Part shown: one piece after another, positions 9,058 through 17,184 of the stretch
Numbering within the stretch: the first letter of the stretch is position 1
Layout: every line of letters begins with the position of its first letter
DNA from: Candidatus Pacearchaeota archaeon CG10_big_fil_rev_8_21_14_0_10_31_59
GTDB taxonomy: Archaea > Nanobdellota > Nanobdellia > Pacearchaeales > CG1-02-31-27
Direction of reading: 5' to 3'
NCBI GenBank assembly: GCA_002763115.1
Contig: PFCW01000002.1
Location: 131,703 to 195,702 of the forward strand
DNA: 64,000 nucleotides
Position numbers and translations under genes: made by a program
The notes under the pieces: generated by a model
What the model was told of the DNA's origin: nothing
The model's input: only the letters and a program-made list of their open reading frames with translations
Database searches by the model: none

Positions 9058-9891
9058 TTATAAGTTATTCGTTTTTTCTAAATTATATTGTTCTTTGCTC
9101 TTTTCATTTAGTTGTTTTAGAATGGAATCGATTGTTATCAATTCCTTAAATCCTTTCTTGATTTTTAATAATATTTTCTGATTGTTTAATCTTTTTTTCT
9201 CGACGGGGATTCCTTTGTCTATCAATCTCGAGACATAATCCCTGATACTGCTTTGAGTGAGTTTGGACTCTTCTGCGAGCAGTTTGTAATCTACCGGGAT
9301 ATCTTTAGTTTGAAGATCATAGAGAATATAAAATATATTTAATTCCTGCTGCGTTAATTTTTTGAATGATTGTTCATATTTTTCCTTGATGCGATCCGTG
9401 ATTTTTGAAATATCGTCTTCCTGTATATTTTCCTTATTTGATTGAATTTTTTCTATTTTTGGTTGCTGGACTGTTGTCTGATTGTTGTCTGATTGTTGTC
9501 TGATTGCTGGAACCCCTTTGTTTCCTATGGAAATTGGCTTATTTTGACTAAATTCTTTTGTTTCTCGACTTATTCGGTTCGGCACTGTCGAAGTGTTTTT
9601 TTCCCCTATTTTCTTGTCTATATTATCTAATTTCCTCGAAATATCTCCGATATTGTTTAAAAATAGATTTTTAAACTCGAGAAATTCTTTTTCTAAAAAC
9701 GATTGCTTATCAAAAATAAAATTAAGATTTTCCTTGATTAAAGAATCTCTTTCTCTTTGATTCTCGATTATGTTGCATACAGAATCGACTAACTCAATAA
9801 ATTTTTCCTCCAGATTAACAATTCTGTCATTTAAGAAAGATATATCTTTCTTTACTTTCTCAAACGAATATTTGATTGCCTCTTCTTTCAT
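9058..9891 (-). CDS. Coiled-coil + repeat linker + C-terminal winged-helix protein (gene B)
   Basis: N-terminal coiled coil; C-terminal FKKLTQQELNIFYIL...YKLLAEESKLTQSSIRDYVSRLIDKG HTH; same layout as gene A. Confidence 0.78.
   Translation of the reverse strand: MKEEAIKYSFEKVKKDISFLNDRIVNLEEKFIELVDSVCNIIENQRERDSLIKENLNFIFDKQSFLEKEFLEFKNLFLNNIGDISRKLDNIDKKIGEKNTSTVPNRISRETKEFSQNKPISIGNKGVPAIRQQSDNNQTTVQQPKIEKIQSNKENIQEDDISKITDRIKEKYEQSFKKLTQQELNIFYILYDLQTKDIPVDYKLLAEESKLTQSSIRDYVSRLIDKGIPVEKKRLNNQKILLKIKKGFKELITIDSILKQLNEKSKEQYNLEKTNNL
9472..9504. repeat. Three perfect tandem 11-bp repeats inside gene B
   Basis: (TGTTGTCTGAT)x3, flanked by direct TGCTGGA at 9464 and 9505. Confidence 0.95.
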
Positions 9892-9960
9892 TTTAATAGA
9901 AAAAAGTTTTTACTTAAATATATTCTTATTCTTGAAAGGATATATAAAAATTTGTATAAA

Positions 9961-10245
9961 TTAAGAACCACTTTTTTCTGCGAGCTTGGTGTAGGTTTCG
10001 TAAACATTGCTTTTCAGTCTCCAGGTCTGCCTTCTGAGATAATTCCCGCCGCGAGTGTTGTTGTTTATTAACACAACCAAGTTTTCCTTCTCCAGTTCAG
10101 TCATAATCTTTTTAATGAATTCCTCATCACGAGCAATTTCTTTTGCAATATAACTTGTGAACATTGCCTTTGGACTATTTTCATATAATACACTTAGGAT
10201 CATTTCTTTCACTTTTTTTATTTTTTCAGAACTTATTTTAGGCAT
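9961..10245 (-). CDS. Small winged-helix DNA-binding protein
   Basis: ILSVLYENSPKAMFTSYIAKEIARDEEFIKKIMTELEKENLV...WRL wHTH pattern; palindrome TTAATAA-GTCATA-TTATTAA (10252-10271) over its promoter. Confidence 0.75.
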   Translation of the reverse strand: MPKISSEKIKKVKEMILSVLYENSPKAMFTSYIAKEIARDEEFIKKIMTELEKENLVVLINNNTRGGNYLRRQTWRLKSNVYETYTKLAEKSGS

Positions 10246-10333
10246 GATAAATTAATAAGTCATATTATTAAAAGGTTTTCGGTTTAGCGAATTAAACAGA
10301 TAATTATTTAAGAATAATATTTCAATAAGCCAT

Positions 10334-12946
10334 ATGGAATATCTTACAAAAAAATCTTCGAAAGAAAATCTGATAGAAACTCTAGATCCTTTGGTTAAAG
10401 AATGGTTTTTTTCCAAATTCAGGGATTTTTCAGAGCCGCAATATTATGCTGTTGAACAGATACACAAACGAAAGAATATTTTGATTTCAGCTCCTACCGG
10501 AGGGACAAAAACTTTGACTGCGTTTCTTTCAATAATAAATTATCTTATAAAACTGGCTAAATCTGAACAGTTAGATGATAAAGTTTATTGTGTTTACATC
10601 TCGCCGTTAAAAGCCCTCAATAATGATATTTTTGTTAATCTAGAAATGCCTTTGAAAGAAATTTGTGAGATAGCTGAAAAAGAAAAAGTCAAACTTAAAA
10701 AAATAAGAGTTGAGGTCAGAACAGGGGATACAACAACACAAAAAAAGCAAAAGATGTTGAAGAATCCTCCGCATATTTTGATAACAACTCCCGAGAGTTT
10801 AGGGATAATATTGAACTCTGTAAAATTCAATGAATTGTTAAAACAGGTTGAATTTGTAATTGTTGATGAGATACATTCTTTGGCTGAGAATAAAAGAGGA
10901 ACTCATTTATCATTATCTATAGAAAGGTTGCAGGAACAGAACATTTTGGAATTTACAAGGATTGGGCTAAGCGCTACAATCTCTCCATTGGATGAAATAT
11001 CCAAGTATCTTGTCGGGATGAAAAATTATCATTTAAAGGAATTTAGAGAATGTTTAATTTGTGAAGTTTTATTTGACAAAAAAATAGAATTGAGCCTGAA
11101 AAAACCTGTTAAGGATTTTATTGAAACAGATGCAGATACAATTTCAAAAGAGCTGTATGATTTATTGGATGATCTGATACAAAAACATAAGACTACCTTA
11201 ATTTTTACAAACACAAGATCTGCTACAGAACGAGTTGTAAGCCATTTAAAGGAAAGATTTCCGCAGAAATATGAAAATTTGATTGGAGCCCATCACTCTT
11301 CATTGAGCAAAAGCCATAGGTTTGAGATAGAGTCCAAGTTAAGAGAAGGAAAATTAAAAGTTGTTGTATGCTCTACTTCTTTAGAGTTAGGTATAGATAT
11401 CGGTAACATAGACCTGGTTATTTTACTGACAAGCCCAAAAAGCGTTGCGAGAGCCATACAGAGAATTGGAAGAGCCGGGCATAGATTACATGAAACTGCA
11501 CGAGGTTGTTTTATTGTGATGGATTATGATGATGCAGTGGAGTGTGCTATCATGGTAAAAAACATTATTGAAAGAAAGATAGACAGAATTAAAATACCAA
11601 AAAATTGTTTGGATGTTTTAAGCCAGCAGATTTATGGAATGGCTATTGCTAAGGTTTGGAATATTGATGAGATGTATAATACCATCAAAAGAAGTTATAC
11701 GTTCTCTGAGCTATCAAAATCTGATTTTTTAAGTGTCATAAGTTATTTAGCTGGAAAATATTATGGTTTGGAGGAAAGAAGTGTTTATGCAAAAATATGG
11801 TATGATGAAAAAGAAAAGACAATTGGTAAAAGGGGAAAACTGGCCAGGATGATTTACATGATGAATATAGGAACTATCCCTGAAGAAAGTTTTGTTGAGG
11901 TTGTTGCCGCATCCCCGTATGAAAAAAGAGGGGAGAAAATCGGACAGCTGGACGAGTCTTTCCTGGAGAGATTGAAAAAAGGAGATGTTTTTGTTCTAGG
12001 GGGAAGCAAATATGAATTTTTGTATTCCAGAGGCATGAAAGTTTACGTTAATGCTTCTGTCAAAAGAGCACCGACAATACCTTCCTGGTTTTCTGAACAG
12101 CTCCCGTTATCTTTTGATACTGCTTTGTCAATACAGGAATTCAGAAAAATTATGGCAAATATGATAGACAAGGATGAAAAGAAAAAAGTCATAGAATTTT
12201 TAAAGGAATATCTTTATACAAATCAGGAAATAGCGGAATTGATTTATAATTATTTTAAAATCCAGGCAGATTTTTGCGAGATTCCGCACCTAAACAAAAT
12301 TCTTATAGAACATTACACCCAGAATGACGGAAAACATTTTATTTTTTTCCATACTTTGTTTGGAAGAAAGGTAAATGATGTGTTAAGCAGAGCCATCGCT
12401 TATTTAACCGGGATAAAATCAAAGAGCAATATTGAAATTGGAATCAATGATAATGGGTTTTTTATTGCAAGCTGTCATAAAATAAATATAGACCAAATTT
12501 TAAATATTGTTCAGAACGAAGATTTGGAGAAAATACTGAAAGAGGCTTTGGAGAAAACCGAGGTTTTTAACAGAAGATTCAGGCATTGTGCTTCACGCTC
12601 ATTGATGATTATAAGGAATTATAAGGGGAGAGCAAAAAGTGTTGGTAAACAGCAGATGAAATCCGGATTTTTGCTTGGAGCAGTAAGAAAAATCTCTTCA
12701 GATTTTCCGATTTTGAGAGAGACCAGGAGAGAGATTTTGGAAGATGTTATGGATATGGAAAATGCAAAAAAAGTTATAAGCTGGATTAAGGAAGGGAAAA
12801 TTAAATTAAAAGTAGTTCATACCAAAGTTCCTTCCCCGTTCACCCATAAAATTTTGACAGATAGCTATGTCGACCTTGTAAAAGTCCAGTCGAAAATAGA
12901 ATTTTTAAAAAGGATGTACGATAAAATAAAAAATGAAATTAAATGA
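10334..12946 (+). CDS. lhr: Lhr-family SF2 helicase
   Basis: APTGGTKT, TTPESL, VDEIH, GLSAT, HHSSLS, STSLELGIDIG, QRIGRAGH. Confidence 0.93.
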   Translation: MEYLTKKSSKENLIETLDPLVKEWFFSKFRDFSEPQYYAVEQIHKRKNILISAPTGGTKTLTAFLSIINYLIKLAKSEQLDDKVYCVYISPLKALNNDIFVNLEMPLKEICEIAEKEKVKLKKIRVEVRTGDTTTQKKQKMLKNPPHILITTPESLGIILNSVKFNELLKQVEFVIVDEIHSLAENKRGTHLSLSIERLQEQNILEFTRIGLSATISPLDEISKYLVGMKNYHLKEFRECLICEVLFDKKIELSLKKPVKDFIETDADTISKELYDLLDDLIQKHKTTLIFTNTRSATERVVSHLKERFPQKYENLIGAHHSSLSKSHRFEIESKLREGKLKVVVCSTSLELGIDIGNIDLVILLTSPKSVARAIQRIGRAGHRLHETARGCFIVMDYDDAVECAIMVKNIIERKIDRIKIPKNCLDVLSQQIYGMAIAKVWNIDEMYNTIKRSYTFSELSKSDFLSVISYLAGKYYGLEERSVYAKIWYDEKEKTIGKRGKLARMIYMMNIGTIPEESFVEVVAASPYEKRGEKIGQLDESFLERLKKGDVFVLGGSKYEFLYSRGMKVYVNASVKRAPTIPSWFSEQLPLSFDTALSIQEFRKIMANMIDKDEKKKVIEFLKEYLYTNQEIAELIYNYFKIQADFCEIPHLNKILIEHYTQNDGKHFIFFHTLFGRKVNDVLSRAIAYLTGIKSKSNIEIGINDNGFFIASCHKINIDQILNIVQNEDLEKILKEALEKTEVFNRRFRHCASRSLMIIRNYKGRAKSVGKQQMKSGFLLGAVRKISSDFPILRETRREILEDVMDMENAKKVISWIKEGKIKLKVVHTKVPSPFTHKILTDSYVDLVKVQSKIEFLKRMYDKIKNEIK

Positions 12947-13682
12947 AGATATTGAATTCATAGAAAAAGCGATATTTTTGCCAAAATATAAAACTATAAT
13001 CATAGCGGATCTGCATATTGGCTATGAAGAAGCAGTTTCAAATATGTTTAATATTCCTTTAAAAGAATTTGACAAGATATTTGAGGAAATTAAACTGATA
13101 ACAAAAAAATTGAAACCTGAAAGAATAATCATAAACGGGGATATAAAGCATGAATTTGGCAAGATAAATAAAGAGGAATGGAATAGGGTTTTAGAACTTT
13201 TGGAGTTTTTGAAGGAAGAGGTAAAGGAGATTGTAATTATAGAAGGCAATCATGACAAAGTTCTTAAAAAAATTATCAGAAAAGTCAAGGAGATAAAATT
13301 TGAAAATAAATACATAATCGGGAACATCTTGATTGCGCATGGAGATAAGATTGTCAGTATTGATAAAACCCAAGAAAATCGGGGATTTTCTAGGCCCCGA
13401 AAACAAAAGTTTTCTAGGGAGATAAAAACAATAATAATCGGGCATGAACATCCTGCAGTAAGCATAGGAAATGGAATTGACAAAGAAAAATTCAAATGTT
13501 TCCTGGTTGGAAATTTTAAGGGAAAGGAGTTGATTGTTATGCCGTCTTTTTTCAGCATAAACGAGGGAACTGATCTCACAAGAGAAAAGACAATAAGCCC
13601 TTTTTTAAAAAATATTAGTAATTTTGATGTTTACGTTGTTGAAGACAAGATTTATCATTTAGGTAAAATTAAAAATCTTTAA
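12933..13682 (+). CDS. Lhr-associated metallophosphoesterase carrying a 17-codon insertion
   Basis: DLHIG, NGDIKH, GNHD, HGD, GHEHP motifs; overlaps the lhr stop. Confidence 0.9.
   Translation: MKLNEDIEFIEKAIFLPKYKTIIIADLHIGYEEAVSNMFNIPLKEFDKIFEEIKLITKKLKPERIIINGDIKHEFGKINKEEWNRVLELLEFLKEEVKEIVIIEGNHDKVLKKIIRKVKEIKFENKYIIGNILIAHGDKIVSIDKTQENRGFSRPRKQKFSREIKTIIIGHEHPAVSIGNGIDKEKFKCFLVGNFKGKELIVMPSFFSINEGTDLTREKTISPFLKNISNFDVYVVEDKIYHLGKIKNL
13369..13419. repeat. 51-bp double-hairpin palindromic element inserted in-frame in the phosphoesterase
   Basis: CCCAAGAAAATC-GGG-GATTTTCTAGG CCCCGAAAAC-AAAA-GTTTTCTAGGG; related copy at 50366-50417. Confidence 0.75.
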
Positions 13683-13698
13683 TTCTTAGATAATTTAA

Positions 13699-13854
13699 GC
13701 CAGGATGCCAGAATGGTAATGGGTCAGTCTCGAACGACGCCTACCCTTTCTAGAAGAAAGGCTTGGCACACCCAAAGACTACGTACGATAATTTTTGGAA
13801 AAAGAGATAACTGATGTCTTCACAGACTCGGAGGTTCGAATCCTCCTCCTGGCG
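13699..13854 (+). tRNA. tRNA-Ser(CGA) with a ~74-nt intron at 37/38 (13735-13808)
   Basis: Acceptor GCCAGGA/TCCTGGC, anticodon stem TCAGT/ACTGA, loop CT-CGA-A|A, long variable arm, GGAGG-TTCGAAT-CCTCC; relaxed BHB (CTC/GAG). Confidence 0.85.
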
Positions 13855-13855
13855 T

Positions 13856-14011
13856 TTAAAACTCATCATTAATTACTTCTTTTATAAAACCCAAATTTTC
13901 AAAAGAATCTGCCTGTTTTTCATTATCGGGATTAAAAACATCATTTTCCAAATAGCCCAAACTCTGCAATACAATCTCTCCCCTTCTTGTTACAATAAAT
14001 TTCCTTTCCAT
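13856..14011 (-). CDS. 51-aa hypothetical protein (below the ORF-track cutoff)
   Basis: MERKFIVTRRGEIVLQSLGYLENDVFNPDNEKQADSFENLGFIKEVINDEF*; fills the gap between tRNA-Ser and 14072. Confidence 0.5.
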   Translation of the reverse strand: MERKFIVTRRGEIVLQSLGYLENDVFNPDNEKQADSFENLGFIKEVINDEF

Positions 14012-14071
14012 TATTCAAAATAAATGTGAACAAAGAAAATAAATTAGAATTAATAGTTTAAAAACCTAACG

Positions 14072-14518
14072 TTACTTCTTTTCTTTCTTTTTTTCTTCCT
14101 TGGTTTCTTCTTTTGTTGATTCTCTCAATAAAGGCATGGGAATATGCGTCGGCAAATTCAACTCTTCTTCCAATTCCAGCGCTTTTATGTTGCATTTAGA
14201 AAAAATTATGTTATAGATAAAAGTCCTTATTTTATCGCTTAATTTTTTTTCTTTTTCCCAAGTTTTTAATATCTCATCAGCTTCTTTTTTGCTTAACATT
14301 GCTAATATAACTCCCTCAATTTCAATTTTTCCATTTTCGCCAGTACATTCAACACTAAATTCAAAATGAAAGCCGAGAACATTAGCATCCTCTTTTACAT
14401 CAAAATCTATTTTTTTAACATTTTTCATAGAAAGGTTTACCTTCATGTCAAAATTTCTATCTAAAAATTCCTTTCTTTTCCCTTTTATTTCCAATAAATT
14501 AAAACCAACTATTTGCAT
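14072..14518 (-). CDS. Archaeal hypothetical protein
   Basis: 148 aa with beta-rich N-terminus and a C-terminal EELNLPTHIPMP segment; TATA upstream. Confidence 0.7.
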   Translation of the reverse strand: MQIVGFNLLEIKGKRKEFLDRNFDMKVNLSMKNVKKIDFDVKEDANVLGFHFEFSVECTGENGKIEIEGVILAMLSKKEADEILKTWEKEKKLSDKIRTFIYNIIFSKCNIKALELEEELNLPTHIPMPLLRESTKEETKEEKKKEKK

Positions 14519-14664
14519 TTTATAATCTCGTATTTTATGTTTTTAAAGTTAATTGTTATACTAAAAACAGAGATATTCACTAAAATTTAAAAAGTATAAT
14601 TCTCTGTTTTGGTGTGTTTAAAATTGCAAAATCATAATATTGGAATTTGAGGTGGCAATTTTAA

Positions 14665-16527
14665 TCATTTAATATTTAATTTTCTTTTTAAGTTAGTTTT
14701 ACCCTGCCAGGATAGGGCATATTTAAGAACATCCTGGATTGTTTTTGCCTCAATTATTTTAACGTTTTTCAAATTTTCCTTGCTTAAATTTAAATCCTTG
14801 AAATTTGCTTGCGGTATAATTATCTCGTTTATTCCTGCTTCTAATGCTGCTTCTATTTTTTGATTGACGCCACCAACTGCCAAGACTTCTCCATGAACTG
14901 ACAAACTCCCAGTCATCGCAATATTTTGTTTTATCGGAACTTTCATTAAAGAGGAGATTATTGCTGTAGCGACAGCTATTGATGCACTGTCACCTTCTAC
15001 ACCTTCATAAGTCTGCAAAAATTGGACATAAATGTTTTTCTTCTCGATAATATTCAAACCAAAATATTTCATAATCAATGCAGAAACATTTTGAATGGCT
15101 TCTTTCGCAATCTCACCTAATTTTCCAGTCGCAATGAATTCTGTTTTTTTTCCTCCAGGAGTTATTGTTGCTTCTATTGGAAGAACAATCCCGGAATAAG
15201 AATCTTTGGAACCAATAACAGCCAGTCCATTGACTCTGCCTACTTTTTCACCTTTAGTTATTATTATCTGATACTCCTTTTTCTTTTCAATATATTGTTC
15301 AGCAATCTGTTTTTCCAAACTTCTTGCTAATTTTTTAGCGTTTAAAATATGTTTTGGTTCAACTAATTTTGATTTTTCTTCACTGGCTAAGTCTCCTGCA
15401 GCCCTTACCAAACCTCCAAGCTCCCTTAATTTCAAAGTTAATTTTCCGGAAGTTCCAGCCATTAACTGCGCTTCTCTAATAATTAAATCAACTGCATCCT
15501 TGCTAAAATGAGGAATTTTTTTGTCTTTCTCAACTTCTTGCGCTACAAACTGCGCTATTTTGTATCTGTTTTCCTCGTTATCTTCCATCTCTGTATTCAT
15601 ATAAACTTCATAACCATAACCCCTGATTCTGTTTCTCAGTGCTGGATTTATAATTCTTAATGTTTCCAAATTTCCTGCTGCAACTAAAATAAAATCACAT
15701 GGAACAGGTTCTGTTTGAACCATTGCTCCGGAAGATCTTTCACTTCTTCCTGTTATTGTTAATTTTTTTTCCTGCATTGCGGTCAAAAGACCTTGTTGTG
15801 ATTCGTTGTTAAGCAAACCTATCTCGTCAACAAATAAAACTCCTTTATGTGCCTTATGAATGGCTCCAGGAACTATTCTTTGGTATGCTGGAGTTCCAAA
15901 ACCGCCGGATTGCAAAGGATCATGCAAAACATCCCCTAATAAAGCCCCCTCTTTGCTTCCAGTAGCATCAATAAATGGTGGTTTTTTCTGGGTTGAATTA
16001 TCAACTAGTATTTTAGGTAAATTTTGTTTCATTAATTTTGTCTTTTTATTTAAAGCAAGAAATATTGCAAATATGGCTACGATAAACATCGAGCCAATTA
16101 ATGACGCTGCTCCCATAATATCTCCGTATTTTTGTCTTATCCACCACGGACTTAAAATAGCTAATATAAAGATTCCAAACAGTAAAATATTCTGAAAACT
16201 GAAAAAGCTTTCAGATGATAATTTTATCTTATCGATAAAATCCCTTCCTTTTCCGGAGGGGAAAGTTTTTATTATTGGAGAATTTTCATCTTTTGGGTTG
16301 TTTAGCGAAATTACATCTTCCAATGGTTCTTTTTCGAGCATCTCACTCAAACCCTGACCAAGCATACTTTTTCCAGTTCCTGGCTCTCCTATCAATAAAA
16401 CATTTCTTTTCTGTTTAGCTGCTTTTTTTATCAGATTTAAAGCTAAATCCTGTCCGATTATCCTGTCAGAAATTTTATCGCTTACTGTGATATCCTTTGT
16501 TGAGTTATAATTAAATTTATCTTTCAT
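14665..16527 (-). CDS. lonB: Archaeal membrane-anchored Lon protease (LonB)
   Basis: GEPGTGKS, two TM helices inside the AAA+ domain, [15 protein letters not shown], catalytic EGDSAS and [10 protein letters not shown]. Confidence 0.95.
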   Translation of the reverse strand: MKDKFNYNSTKDITVSDKISDRIIGQDLALNLIKKAAKQKRNVLLIGEPGTGKSMLGQGLSEMLEKEPLEDVISLNNPKDENSPIIKTFPSGKGRDFIDKIKLSSESFFSFQNILLFGIFILAILSPWWIRQKYGDIMGAASLIGSMFIVAIFAIFLALNKKTKLMKQNLPKILVDNSTQKKPPFIDATGSKEGALLGDVLHDPLQSGGFGTPAYQRIVPGAIHKAHKGVLFVDEIGLLNNESQQGLLTAMQEKKLTITGRSERSSGAMVQTEPVPCDFILVAAGNLETLRIINPALRNRIRGYGYEVYMNTEMEDNEENRYKIAQFVAQEVEKDKKIPHFSKDAVDLIIREAQLMAGTSGKLTLKLRELGGLVRAAGDLASEEKSKLVEPKHILNAKKLARSLEKQIAEQYIEKKKEYQIIITKGEKVGRVNGLAVIGSKDSYSGIVLPIEATITPGGKKTEFIATGKLGEIAKEAIQNVSALIMKYFGLNIIEKKNIYVQFLQTYEGVEGDSASIAVATAIISSLMKVPIKQNIAMTGSLSVHGEVLAVGGVNQKIEAALEAGINEIIIPQANFKDLNLSKENLKNVKIIEAKTIQDVLKYALSWQGKTNLKRKLNIK

Positions 16528-16578
16528 TTTATTTTATAAGAAAAAAGAAGGTTGTTTAAAAAAAGTATTGAATTAAAA

Positions 16579-16833
16579 TTAAACAATATCTTCCTCACTG
16601 ACAACAACAAAATCTCCAACAGCTATTATAGAGTTGAATGGGATAGTTATATCCTTTCCCTTGTCCAAACCCAAATTTACTGTATAAGGTGTTGGATTAG
16701 TTAATAATAGCTGAATTAATTCTCCTGTTTTGGTTTCGAAAGAAATATCTTTTACAAGACCAAGCCTTCGACCTTCTTTCGTCACAACTGTTTTACCAAT
16801 GAATTCTCTATAAGGTTTTTTCTCAATTGCCAT
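16579..16833 (-). CDS. PRC-barrel protein (CdpB-like)
   Basis: IGKTVVTKEGRRLGLVKDISFE...IPFNSIIAVGDFVVV. Confidence 0.85.
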   Translation of the reverse strand: MAIEKKPYREFIGKTVVTKEGRRLGLVKDISFETKTGELIQLLLTNPTPYTVNLGLDKGKDITIPFNSIIAVGDFVVVSEEDIV

Positions 16834-16939
16834 GCATATTTTTTGTGTTACATTATTTATAAAGTTTTCTATAGTATCTTACTAATAATTAAATTAGGAT
16901 TTGTTAACTAATTAATCTATTTTTTATTACCTACCCATA

Positions 16940-17118
16940 CCCCATCATTTCTTATAGAAACATTTATAAATAAAATCAGGATTTTCGTTTTTATTTTTTA
17001 ATTTTAATTTATAAATATTTATATAATATAATATATATATTATATAATATATATTAAATAAGCTATATCTTTTTACTTTAAAATTTTATTTTGAGTTTAG
17101 TTCTATAAGAAATATAGG
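16940..17118. other. Probable replication origin (oriC)
   Basis: Perfect 13-bp inverted repeat ATTTCTTATAGAA (16947-59) / TTCTATAAGAAAT (17101-13) with adjacent G-strings, flanking 74 bp of pure A/T (16988-17061), immediately upstream of orc1/cdc6-polD. Confidence 0.75.
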
Positions 17119-17184
17119 TCCCCACCTTTATTTTTAAACACATAAAATTTTATAAAACAAGAAAAGAGTTATTTACTGGGAAAA

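Noticed and set aside
7865..9511. CRISPR array
   Set aside because: Repeats are 8-15 bp, irregularly spaced or tandem, lack unique 30-40 bp spacers, and no cas genes are present.
10252..10271. Second dif site (TTAATAA-GTCATA-TTATTAA)
   Set aside because: The arms are pure A/T, do not resemble the 6974 site, and overlap the wHTH gene's TATA; more likely an operator or chance.
17011..17060. (AT)n microsatellite
   Set aside because: Imperfect, and better explained as the unwinding element of the putative origin.
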